64,000 nucleotides of DNA from a virus (Duplodnaviria; Caudoviricetes). Positions 51,951-61,206 of this stretch are shown in pieces. Each line of letters opens with the position of its first letter. Position 1 is the first letter of the stretch. The notes below the pieces were generated by a model. It searched no databases and was not told the DNA's origin. It saw only the letters and a list, made by a program, of their open reading frames with translations. The DNA is taken from the IMG/VR virus record IMGVR_UViG_3300047400_000324, positions 11,757-75,756 of that record, one strand, 5' to 3'. Position numbers and translations under genes: made by a program.

Positions 51951-53015
51951 TTGCGTATAGCTTTAATTACCGATACACATTGGGGAGTTAGAAATGACAA
52001 TATGGTTTTTTTGGATGCAAATAAAAAATTTTTGGATGAAACATTTTTTCCGACACTAGAATCGAATTCTATAAATCATATAGTGCATCTTGGCGATATC
52101 GTAGACAGAAGAAAACAAATAAGTTATTTGACAGCCAATCGATTGAGAGAAGATTTTCTAGATAAAATATTGCAAAAAGGTATGACGGCAGATATTATTG
52201 CAGGAAACCATGATTGTTATTATAAAAATACAAACAAAGTAAATGCTCTTACAGAATTGATCGATAGCAGTTATCCAAACATAAAATGTTATATCGATCC
52301 GACAGAAGTGAATTTATTTGGAGCTCCAACACTTTATTTGCCATGGATATGCGAAGAAAATAGAGAACAAAGTATGAGGATGATAAATGAAACAAAATCT
52401 ATTATATGTATGGGACATTTGCAAATATTGGGGTTCGAAATGTTTCGAGGCAGTATTGCGACTCACGGCGAAGATCGTAACATTTTTGATAAGTTTGCTA
52501 TTACTATGTCTGGTCATTTTCATCACAAGTCTACTATTGGCTCTATTTGTTACTTGGGTTCTCATAGTGAGTTTACTTGGTCTGATTACAATGATCCTAG
52601 AGGGTTTCACATCTTCGATACAGAAACACAAGATTTGAAATTTATCAGCAATCCATATCGAATATTCAAAAAAATATGGTATGACGATAGAGAAAAGGAA
52701 TTGGAAGAATTATTGAATTTCGATCCAAATCAATATAATAAAACTATGTTGAAAATTATTGTAACATCTAAGACAAATCCTTATTGGTTCGATTTGTTTT
52801 GCAATAAGATTGAAAAATCAGAACCTATAAACATGCAAATAGTAGAAGACCATTTCAATATAACTGCAAACGATGAAGCTGTAACCGAACAAGCAGAAAG
52901 CACTTTGGATATATTCAAGGAATATATATCGAATATGAATCATTCGAATTTAAATAAAAACAAATTGGAAAACGTTATAATCGATCTATATAATGAGGCT
53001 CAGCTTGTAGCATGA
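51951..53015 (+). CDS. 47: Recombination nuclease gp47 (Mre11/SbcD-like), TTG start
   Basis: DTHWG, HLGD, GNHD, GHL, SGHFH metallophosphoesterase motifs. Confidence 0.95.
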   Translation: MRIALITDTHWGVRNDNMVFLDANKKFLDETFFPTLESNSINHIVHLGDIVDRRKQISYLTANRLREDFLDKILQKGMTADIIAGNHDCYYKNTNKVNALTELIDSSYPNIKCYIDPTEVNLFGAPTLYLPWICEENREQSMRMINETKSIICMGHLQILGFEMFRGSIATHGEDRNIFDKFAITMSGHFHHKSTIGSICYLGSHSEFTWSDYNDPRGFHIFDTETQDLKFISNPYRIFKKIWYDDREKELEELLNFDPNQYNKTMLKIIVTSKTNPYWFDLFCNKIEKSEPINMQIVEDHFNITANDEAVTEQAESTLDIFKEYISNMNHSNLNKNKLENVIIDLYNEAQLVA

Positions 53016-54727
53016 GTGTATTGTTTAAATCCATTCGTTGGAAGAATTTTTTATCCACTGGAAATATATTTACTGAAATCGATTTGTCTGCAACCGGAAC
53101 AACACTTATCATGGGTGAAAATGGTTCCGGAAAATCGACAATTTTGGACGCTATCACTTTTTCTTTATTTGGTAAGCCATTTCGGAATATCAATAAACCA
53201 CAGCTTGTAAATTCAATAATTAGAAAAGATACAATTGTTGAAGTTGAATTTATTATAGGAAAAACAGAATATAAAATAGTTCGCGGAATCAAACCTGCTA
53301 TCTTTGAAGTTTATGTCAATGGTTCTATGATAAATCAAAACGCCGAGATGAGAGATTATCAGGAATTTTTAGAAAGAAATATTCTTAAAATAAATTATAA
53401 ATCTTTTTGTCAAGTTGTTATTTTAGGTTCTGCTTCTTTTGTTCCGTTTATGCAATTGCCAGCTGCTCAAAGAAGAAACATAATCGAAGACCTTTTAGAT
53501 TTGCAAGTTTTTACAACTATGAATACAATTCTAAAAGAAAAAATTCAAATCAATACAAAAAATATACAAGATAAAATAAATGAACAGAATTTGATCAAAA
53601 CTAAAATAACTATGGTCAAAGATCACATCAATGAAATGAATAACAAAAATATTCAATTCATTCGTGAGAAGAAAACGACATTATTGGATTTGAAAGAAAA
53701 AATAAATCAAACAGAAAATGAATGCACAAGTATAAAGAACGAAATAACAGAAAAAGAAAATGGAATAGAAGACGGGAATGCATTTAAGACAAAATTGAGT
53801 AAATTGAACTCGCACAAAATTCAAATGGAATTGAAGATTCAAAACTTCAATAAAAATATCGATTTCTTTCAAAATCATGACAATTGTCCAACATGCACAC
53901 AGAAAATAAGCAAGGAATTTAGTTGTGAGACCATAGATCAAAATTTAGAAGAAATTGTTAAAATAAAAGATGGACTAGATAAATTAGCAGAAATATATGA
54001 AAAAACACAAAATAATCTAACGGTTATTTTGGAAAAACAAAAAGAAATAGATCAATTGAAACACAATCTGTCGCATGAAAAGCTTCGGCTTAAAATGTAT
54101 AACGATCAGGCAAAATCGATACAAAATGAAATAGATAACGCTAAAAACGATATACCAAAAACAACCGATATAAAAATAGTCGATCTTGAAAATGAATTGA
54201 CAATTTTAAGTAATGAATATAATGAATTGCAAGATAATAAATTAGTTCTGTCGGCAGCCGCAACAATGTTGAAGGATGGCGGAATAAAAACAAAAATTGT
54301 CAATCAGTATATTCCTATTATCAATAGGACTATAAACAAATATCTTGGTGAATTCGATTTATTTGTAGAATTCGAATTGGACGAACAATTCAATGAAGTT
54401 ATTAGGTCTAGATATAGAGATGAATTTTCGTATTCTTCATTCAGCGAAGGTGAAAAACAGAAAATAGATTTGGCTATATTGTTTACTTGGAGAACAATTG
54501 CAAAGCTTAGAAATTCTTTAAACACCAATCTATTGATTTTGGATGAAATTTTCGATTCATCGCTTGACGGCAATGCAGCAGACGATCTTCTGAAAATTTT
54601 ACAAACAATAAGTGGCAATTCGAATGTATTTGTTATATCTCATAGAGAAAATTTACATGATAAATTCGAATCTGTAATAAAATTCGAAAAACATAAAAAT
54701 TTCTCAAGTATACAGGAAACACTATGA
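53012..54727 (+). CDS. 46: Recombination ATPase gp46 (Rad50/SbcC-like)
   Basis: GENGSGKS, CPTC zinc hook, FSEGEK, LILDEIFD, VISH. Confidence 0.96.
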   Translation: MSVLFKSIRWKNFLSTGNIFTEIDLSATGTTLIMGENGSGKSTILDAITFSLFGKPFRNINKPQLVNSIIRKDTIVEVEFIIGKTEYKIVRGIKPAIFEVYVNGSMINQNAEMRDYQEFLERNILKINYKSFCQVVILGSASFVPFMQLPAAQRRNIIEDLLDLQVFTTMNTILKEKIQINTKNIQDKINEQNLIKTKITMVKDHINEMNNKNIQFIREKKTTLLDLKEKINQTENECTSIKNEITEKENGIEDGNAFKTKLSKLNSHKIQMELKIQNFNKNIDFFQNHDNCPTCTQKISKEFSCETIDQNLEEIVKIKDGLDKLAEIYEKTQNNLTVILEKQKEIDQLKHNLSHEKLRLKMYNDQAKSIQNEIDNAKNDIPKTTDIKIVDLENELTILSNEYNELQDNKLVLSAAATMLKDGGIKTKIVNQYIPIINRTINKYLGEFDLFVEFELDEQFNEVIRSRYRDEFSYSSFSEGEKQKIDLAILFTWRTIAKLRNSLNTNLLILDEIFDSSLDGNAADDLLKILQTISGNSNVFVISHRENLHDKFESVIKFEKHKNFSSIQETL

Positions 54728-55206
54728 TTTTATTGAAACACACAGATAAAAATTTAAATCAAGTTTCAGAAAATTTCAATTTCAAAGAACCGCCGTTCGA
54801 TCCTATAGAATTTTCACAAGAACTTGTAAAATTTATGTATGATAATAATGGAATATGTTTAGCAGCTCCGCAAGTGGGCATTCCACTCAGAATATTTGCT
54901 ATGCGTGGTTCACCACAAAATTTTGTTGTGTTCAATCCAAAAGTTATTATGCCTAGTAAGGATGAAGTCAGATTGGAAGAAACTTCTATGACTTATCCTG
55001 GTCTTATTATTCCAGTAAAAAGATCGCAACATTGCCGTGTTAGATTTGCAACACCCAATGGTGAAGTTAGAACCGAAACATTTACGGGAATGACGGCACG
55101 CGCTTTTCTACAATCGATGGATTTTTTGGATGGAAAAAAATTCTATGCAAATTCGAATCCAATACATCGTGAAAGAGCTTTCCGGAAATGGAATAAAAAG
55201 AATTGA
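54724..55206 (+). CDS. def: Peptide deformylase homolog with degenerate active site
   Basis: GICLAAPQVG; EETSMTYPG in place of EGCLS; QSMDF in place of HEXDH. Confidence 0.8.
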   Translation: MILLKHTDKNLNQVSENFNFKEPPFDPIEFSQELVKFMYDNNGICLAAPQVGIPLRIFAMRGSPQNFVVFNPKVIMPSKDEVRLEETSMTYPGLIIPVKRSQHCRVRFATPNGEVRTETFTGMTARAFLQSMDFLDGKKFYANSNPIHRERAFRKWNKKN

Positions 55207-55230
55207 CAATTCTATTATACAGTGTATAAT
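55203..55230 (+). promoter_or_regulatory. Sigma70-like promoter
   Basis: TTGACA-N16-TATAAT. Confidence 0.7.
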
Positions 55231-55256
55231 GCATTCATATACATTGGAGATGGAAC

Positions 55257-55796
55257 TTGAATATCTTTTATTTGTCTCATTCCCCTGTGGAATCGGCACA
55301 ATGGATGGTGGATCGACATGTTGTGAAGATGATTTTGGAATCTGCACAATTATTGTCCACTGCACATAGATATTTGGATGGCGTAGAATTTGTTGGTAAA
55401 AGCAAAACTGGACGTAAAAAAACCAGCTGGGTATTGAAAGATGAACGTGAAACAGTTTTGTATGAAGCAACTCATATCAATCATCCTTCTGCCGTTTGGG
55501 TAAGAAAATCTGTAGAAAATTATTTGTGGCTTGTAGAACATTTTCACGCGCTAGGAAAAGAATACACATATCGATATGGTAAAACACATAAATGTTTTAC
55601 TTCAAATTTAAGTTATATGTTGTCTTCACCGCCTAATAATTTGCGAGAATATAATATGACTCTTATGCCGTCTGCTATGGCAGATGAATATAAAATCGGT
55701 ATCAGCCCGATTGAAAACTATCGCAATTATTATAAAAATGGCAAAAAGCACTTACATAGTTGGAAAAATCGTCAACCACCTGATTGGATTAGTTGA
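55257..55796 (+). CDS. Pyrimidine-dimer DNA glycosylase/endonuclease V-like protein
   Basis: MNIFYL...D.HVVKMILESAQLLSTAH, THINHPSAVW, YR.YY...K, W..R..PDW. Confidence 0.8.
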   Translation: MNIFYLSHSPVESAQWMVDRHVVKMILESAQLLSTAHRYLDGVEFVGKSKTGRKKTSWVLKDERETVLYEATHINHPSAVWVRKSVENYLWLVEHFHALGKEYTYRYGKTHKCFTSNLSYMLSSPPNNLREYNMTLMPSAMADEYKIGISPIENYRNYYKNGKKHLHSWKNRQPPDWIS

Positions 55797-55842
55797 CAAT
55801 TATGAGTTTACAATATAATATATGCTGACAATACAATAAATT

Positions 55843-56265
55843 ATGGAGAACAATATGTCAAATGATTGGCCGTATGATATCAATAAAATGCATGAGCATT
55901 ATAAAATATATAATGCTATATCTAAGCTTACCGAAGATAAAGAAAAGCTTCATGCTTTATTGCAATTTCGTATTTCATTTCTTAATGAAGAATTGAATGA
56001 ACTTAAAGATGCTACAAATGCTGAAGATGTTGTAGATGCTTTGATAGATTTGTGTGTTGTGGCCATTGGTACTTTGGATATTTTCGGCATCGATCCGTAT
56101 AAAGCTTGGGATGAAGTTCTTAAGGCTAATATGAATAAAACGCCAGGGGTAAACCCGTCGCGTCCAAATCCTTTAAATCTACCTGACTTAATTAAACCTG
56201 CAGGTTGGTCTGCACCTTCTCATGCCGAAAACCATGGAAATCTTGGAATCATTTTCAATGTCTAA
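55843..56265 (+). CDS. MazG-like all-alpha NTP pyrophosphohydrolase (candidate dCTPase)
   Basis: FLNEELNELKDA, VDALIDL.VVAIGTL, AWDEV.KANM.K, DLIKP.GW..P. Confidence 0.8.
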   Translation: MENNMSNDWPYDINKMHEHYKIYNAISKLTEDKEKLHALLQFRISFLNEELNELKDATNAEDVVDALIDLCVVAIGTLDIFGIDPYKAWDEVLKANMNKTPGVNPSRPNPLNLPDLIKPAGWSAPSHAENHGNLGIIFNV

Positions 56266-56854
56266 AGCATATAAACTTGATGATCTTATTTCTTCCCTTA
56301 AAGGCACGTGCATAGAAATCGATTCTAACGATTATAGAGACGAAATTGATATGCAAGTCGATACAAATTATGTACGGGAAATTAAAAAGTGTGAAAAACC
56401 ACGTTCTAAAGACGAAATATGGAAACATACAGTTGCTGGGTTTTGCGCTGAGAAATCTTTACAAATTATTAATGGGTCACTTGAATCGTATTCCCCCATC
56501 ACAAAAAACGCTGAAGGGCTTTCCTTTTTAAACCGACAAACCGATTTGTTGTACGGAAATACCCAAATTGCAGTTAAATCCAAGTCAAAAAAATATCCGA
56601 TGTTTTATTTGTCTCACAGCCAAATAAGTTCTATAAACCATTTAATTCCACATAATGAGTATATGATTGCTGTAGAATATGTAAATTCTGATCTTAATAA
56701 AAGTGTGTATAAATATAACCCTTTATTTATTGCTAAAACCAAACATATTGTTAAATATATTACTCCGCTTTTTGGCCGCTCCACTAAATGGAGCGGCCAT
56801 CATCTCAATTATCAATTAGGAATTGAAAAAAATGAATTCATCGATCTTAGATAA
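56222..56854 (+). CDS. Hypothetical protein, weak PD-(D/E)xK-like motif
   Basis: AEK...TDLLY..TQIAVKSK; lies inside the DNA-modification operon. Confidence 0.45.
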   Translation: MPKTMEILESFSMSKAYKLDDLISSLKGTCIEIDSNDYRDEIDMQVDTNYVREIKKCEKPRSKDEIWKHTVAGFCAEKSLQIINGSLESYSPITKNAEGLSFLNRQTDLLYGNTQIAVKSKSKKYPMFYLSHSQISSINHLIPHNEYMIAVEYVNSDLNKSVYKYNPLFIAKTKHIVKYITPLFGRSTKWSGHHLNYQLGIEKNEFIDLR

Positions 56855-57203
56855 CAATAATGAACCAATGTCGATTGAAGTGCTCCGTGAATGTATAGAG
56901 TTACAACTTAAGAAATCTCGCGACTATCAAAATCCAACATCTGCTGTTAAACAAGCAGATTATTATCCAAACGGTTGTTTGACGATTCATGATATTATGC
57001 ATACTAAAATGCTTCGGTTGAAGTCCGTCATGGAAGCTTTGCAAAATGATACGGCTTATAAACCAAATTTTGAATCTTTAGAAGATTCGGCAAAAGACCT
57101 GATCAACTATGCCAGTTTTTTTGTATCATATCTTCGTGGCAAAATAGACGGGCAAAGCCAAACGCATGATCTTTTCAATAAGGCCAACAATGAAACAAAA
57201 TAA
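56823..57203 (+). CDS. Nucleotide-modification-associated domain 1 (Nmad1/DUF1599-like) protein
   Basis: LQLKKSRDY, I.DIM..KMLRL, ESLEDS.KDLINYASF. Confidence 0.75.
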   Translation: MKKMNSSILDNNNEPMSIEVLRECIELQLKKSRDYQNPTSAVKQADYYPNGCLTIHDIMHTKMLRLKSVMEALQNDTAYKPNFESLEDSAKDLINYASFFVSYLRGKIDGQSQTHDLFNKANNETK

Positions 57204-57843
57204 AGTATCAGATATTCGTCAGGAATTTCTAAATTTAAAACACAATGAAGAATATATCATTGATAAAACTGGGGTAAAAACTCTTGAAATAATAAATGCA
57301 AATTTTATTGCAGACGAAGATACTATATTTGGACAGGTAAATCAAAACTACATTGAACGTGAAATTCAATGGTATAAATCTATGTCACTAAATGTTAATG
57401 ATATTCCAGGAAACACACCTACAATCTGGAAACAAGTTGCTGATGAAAATGGATATATCAATTCAAATTATGGATGGTGTATCTGGGCTGCAGAAAATAA
57501 AAATCAATATAATAATGTTTTGCAAGAATTGCAAAAAAATATTTTTTCAAGACGCGCTATTATGATTTACACTAGACCCAATATGTGGTATGATTATAAT
57601 CTAAATGGCCGTTCTGATTTTATGTGTACTAATACGGTTCAATATGTTGTTAGAAATAATAAATTGCATTGTATTGTGCAGATGAGAAGCAATGATGCTT
57701 GGGCTGGTTATCGTAATGATCGTTCATGGCAATTGTATGTTCTTAACATGTTAGCATCAGATCTTAATATAGAAGCTGGAAATATATATTGGAATTGTGG
57801 TTCTTTGCATTTCTATGCAAAACAATTTGATCTCATACAGTGA
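57166..57843 (+). CDS. 42: dCMP hydroxymethylase gp42
   Basis: Closely matches T4 gp42: DKTGVKT.EI..A.F.ADE, YI.RE..WYKS.SL, INSNYGW.IW, SRR..MIYTRP.M, DFMCTNTVQY, MRSND...G.RND, WN.GSLH.Y. Likely start MKQNK at 57190. Confidence 0.93.
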   Translation: MIFSIRPTMKQNKVSDIRQEFLNLKHNEEYIIDKTGVKTLEIINANFIADEDTIFGQVNQNYIEREIQWYKSMSLNVNDIPGNTPTIWKQVADENGYINSNYGWCIWAAENKNQYNNVLQELQKNIFSRRAIMIYTRPNMWYDYNLNGRSDFMCTNTVQYVVRNNKLHCIVQMRSNDAWAGYRNDRSWQLYVLNMLASDLNIEAGNIYWNCGSLHFYAKQFDLIQ

Positions 57844-57855
57844 ATGATATAAATT

Positions 57856-58311
57856 ATGTCAATTGATAATTTATCAACGAAATGGACAATCAATTATCTT
57901 GGTTTAGCAAAACATATTGCTGAATGGTCTAAAGATCCTTCTACTAAATGTGGGGCAATTGCAATTGGAAAACATATGCAGATTTTATCTGTTGGATTTA
58001 ATGGATTTCCAAGAAAAATAGAAGATACTGCCGAAAGACTGAATGATCGTCCTACAAAATATTCTTTAATGGTTCATGCTGAAATGAACTGTATATATAA
58101 TGCTACGCTCAATGGCATTAGTTTAGACGATGCAACTATGTTTGTTTATGGATTGCCTGTATGTTCAGAATGTGCAAAAGGTATAATTCAATCAGGCATA
58201 AAAAAAATTGTTGCTAGTTATCCTCCTATTATATCTGATAAATGGAGAGAAATGGGTCAACTTACAAGTCAAATGTTTGAAGAATGTGGTATTGAATATT
58301 ATAGTTTATAA
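57856..58311 (+). CDS. cd: dCMP deaminase
   Basis: SKDPSTKCGA, GFNGFP, HAEMN, PVCSEC. Confidence 0.92.
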   Translation: MSIDNLSTKWTINYLGLAKHIAEWSKDPSTKCGAIAIGKHMQILSVGFNGFPRKIEDTAERLNDRPTKYSLMVHAEMNCIYNATLNGISLDDATMFVYGLPVCSECAKGIIQSGIKKIVASYPPIISDKWREMGQLTSQMFEECGIEYYSL

Positions 58312-59568
58312 TTGAAAGATTTAATAATGGATAAAAAAATAGCTATTATTCTTGGGCGCGGTGTCGAAGGGTGTGGAGTAACAAAAAATGCTATTGAATT
58401 CAATAAATTTTATAAAAATTCATGCATATTTGCAACAGTTGATAAGATTTGGGGCCGTCACAATTCTATGAAATTTGAATATGTTGGATTCAAATGTTCA
58501 GATTTACAATCTGTCAATGATTTAATACATAATATAAATTCAAATTTTGATATTGTTATTTTTTATTCTATTCCTTCAATTAAACACGAAACATCGTGTA
58601 TTAAAAATTTTCTCCATTTAATAGATTCTATTAAATTGCCGAAAACAATGATACAAGTAGATCATAATAATGCATCGCTTCAACGAAATGCAAATTTAAT
58701 AGAAGTATGCAATATGATGGATCAATTATTGACGCATTCTTTAAACGGCGCATTTGCAAATTGGTGTTATTCAAATTCAATCCAAACACCGTTGAATACT
58801 ATGGGAGTAGGATTCAATTATGATTTACATCGTAGCATATGGTGGAAACCAATAGAAGAACAAGATGATCGTCATATAAAATGGATTGGCAGGTGTGCAG
58901 TATGGAAAGGGCCAGTTGAATTAATCAATTTTCACAATGAATGTTTGCGCAAACATTCATTTATTACTACGCTTGAAGGCTTAGAAGCTTCATTAGCATC
59001 TACTATTATAACACATATAAATGGAGATAAAGAAAAACCGCGGGATGTGAATGAATATATTCGTAGCGGAAGACATAAATTAGCACATAATTTATATGGT
59101 AAGGAAAAATATGGAGATGCTCCATGGCTTTACCCCAGTTATATTAATTTAGAATGCATGGAAAGATTGAGTCGTTGCGCGTTTGGTTCTGATTTATATA
59201 ATCTTAAAAAGGAGTATTATGGCAACAATATAGAATATTGCCACGCTGAAGTAATTGCGTCTGGTGCTGTACCTATTTTCCATAAACATTTTGGTGATAA
59301 TGTCATACATAGAAAAACTGGAATTCCATGCACTAAAACATTTTCTGGAACTATATGGTATGATCCAAATAATTTAGAATATACTACCAAGTATATTCTA
59401 AAACTTGCAAAGGATCGTGTAGCAAGGGATGAGTGGCGTGAAACAGCATATGAATTTTGGAAAGAGCATTCTGATGCCAGTATAATCAATAACGATATAT
59501 TGCAAAAATCTTTATCAGCAACACCAAATATTAGAAATCGTTCTTTTGGCATTGAAAGATTCATTTAA
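58312..59568 (+). CDS. agt: DNA alpha-glucosyltransferase (T4 Agt-like)
   Basis: GRGVEGCGVTK (T4 ARGLEGCGVTK), DH, WIGR...WKG, EGLE, Y.N.E..ER.S...FG, EY.H.E...G..P.F.K, RE.AYEF. Confidence 0.88.
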   Translation: MKDLIMDKKIAIILGRGVEGCGVTKNAIEFNKFYKNSCIFATVDKIWGRHNSMKFEYVGFKCSDLQSVNDLIHNINSNFDIVIFYSIPSIKHETSCIKNFLHLIDSIKLPKTMIQVDHNNASLQRNANLIEVCNMMDQLLTHSLNGAFANWCYSNSIQTPLNTMGVGFNYDLHRSIWWKPIEEQDDRHIKWIGRCAVWKGPVELINFHNECLRKHSFITTLEGLEASLASTIITHINGDKEKPRDVNEYIRSGRHKLAHNLYGKEKYGDAPWLYPSYINLECMERLSRCAFGSDLYNLKKEYYGNNIEYCHAEVIASGAVPIFHKHFGDNVIHRKTGIPCTKTFSGTIWYDPNNLEYTTKYILKLAKDRVARDEWRETAYEFWKEHSDASIINNDILQKSLSATPNIRNRSFGIERFI

Positions 59569-60761
59569 TGAAACACGCATCTATCATTCCGCTCATTGGC
59601 GGTGAAACTATCGGTTGTGAATATGCATTTGGGTCTCCGCCAGATTATTTTTTATCGTATGAACCATTTCAATCCAATGATCAACATATTTTAAATTATT
59701 ATAATAAAGAAATACCATATTATTTGCTTGATAAAAATCAAAAATATCCATATAAAGTAGATGTTATTTCAACCGTGTGTCCGTGCGCGGGTTTATCACA
59801 ACTTTCTACGATTGCCGGTGAAAATAATATTGCAAATCGATGGTTATTGGATACTACAAAATTTGTTCTCGAAGAAATGAAACCAATAGTTTTTTGGGGT
59901 GAAAACGCGCCGGGTTTAGCTGGAACAATAGGTAAAGGCATCCGTGATAAACTTTATGCAACAGCTATCGATTGCGGTTATAGTATGACTTTATATCGAA
60001 CGCGTTCTTTGCTGCATGGAGTCCCGCAGATAAGAGAAAGAACTTTTTATTTCTTTTGGCGTGGAAATAAAGTTCCTTTGATAAACTATTTTTCGCGCAA
60101 ACATACACCTATAGAAACTGTTATATGTGAATCTCGTGGAAATACTCAGCAAGAAACTATAAATAAAAATACTCCATCTAAAGATCCGTATTATCGATAT
60201 ATTTTAGAAGTTCTTTTTGACGGAATAACCCATTCAAAATTTTCTGAAATTATAGAACCAAGGGCTGCGGGTGGAAACGATACGCTTTCATATATAGAAA
60301 AACAAAACATTTCATATGCACAACTATCTGATTGGATGCAAATGCATGGCTATGATAAAGAAGCAGCGGCATGCATAAGAAGATATAATAAACTTAATGA
60401 TGGAAAACAGATAATGCGTCGTGGCATTATTGTACCAAAAGATTATATTGGTGCATTTGTTGGGCATCATCCATATTCAGTAACACATCCCATTGAAGAT
60501 AGATTTATTACATACCGTGAAGCTATGACAATAATGGGTTTGCCTGATAATTTTGAATTGATTGAACCAAGAAAAAACGTGAATCATATTTGTCAAAATG
60601 TTCCCGTGCAAACCGCAACGGATATGGCTAATGAAGTTTTAGCATATTTAAACGATAAAAGAACTATGATAGATAGCAGAATGATTTTTCAATATAATCA
60701 ACAAAGGAAAGAAAATATTATAAACACTAATAATGGAACACTTGAGATTTTTTTTAATTGA
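59568..60761 (+). CDS. C5-cytosine methyltransferase-fold protein with atypical motif I
   Basis: CPCAGLS (IV), GENAPGL (VI), QIRERTF (VIII), RFITYREAM.IMGLP (IX), QNVP (X); motif I reads SIIPLIGG. Confidence 0.8.
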   Translation: MKHASIIPLIGGETIGCEYAFGSPPDYFLSYEPFQSNDQHILNYYNKEIPYYLLDKNQKYPYKVDVISTVCPCAGLSQLSTIAGENNIANRWLLDTTKFVLEEMKPIVFWGENAPGLAGTIGKGIRDKLYATAIDCGYSMTLYRTRSLLHGVPQIRERTFYFFWRGNKVPLINYFSRKHTPIETVICESRGNTQQETINKNTPSKDPYYRYILEVLFDGITHSKFSEIIEPRAAGGNDTLSYIEKQNISYAQLSDWMQMHGYDKEAAACIRRYNKLNDGKQIMRRGIIVPKDYIGAFVGHHPYSVTHPIEDRFITYREAMTIMGLPDNFELIEPRKNVNHICQNVPVQTATDMANEVLAYLNDKRTMIDSRMIFQYNQQRKENIINTNNGTLEIFFN

Positions 60762-61203
60762 AAGGTATTATATTATGGCTAATACAGTAAAAGAATATTT
60801 GGATAATCCAAATGGGTTTGATTCTATGATAAAAGATACAAGTTATATTACAAATACTGGAAATATCACCGTTTCAAATAATGTCTGGGGAGTTATTACA
60901 AATACACAGAAGATAAATTTCAACCGAGAAAATATAGGTTTTAAATATAACGAAGATACTATTCTAGATGAAGTATATAAATATATTTGTAGCACATATG
61001 GCGGATATTACGGAAATACCGTTCAAGCACAAGATTTGATCGTTGAATCAGGTCATGCTGAAGGTTTTTATATCGGAAATGTTATTAAATATTCTTCACG
61101 ATATGGAAAGAAAGATGGTTATAATAAAAAAGATTTAATGAAAGTAATTCATTACGCTATATTGGCTCTCAATAATCACAATTTACAACATGAAAAGGTA
61201 TAA
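60733..61203 (+). CDS. DUF3310-like protein
   Basis: FKYNED.ILDEV..YI.STY, GFYIGNVIKYSSRYGKKDG...KDLMKVIHYA. Confidence 0.7.
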   Translation: MEHLRFFLIERYYIMANTVKEYLDNPNGFDSMIKDTSYITNTGNITVSNNVWGVITNTQKINFNRENIGFKYNEDTILDEVYKYICSTYGGYYGNTVQAQDLIVESGHAEGFYIGNVIKYSSRYGKKDGYNKKDLMKVIHYAILALNNHNLQHEKV

Positions 61204-61206
61204 ATT

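Noticed and set aside
57166-57843. Ordinary thymidylate synthase (ThyA)
   Set aside because: It matches T4 gp42 along its length, including the RND Asp, and ThyX already supplies dTMP.
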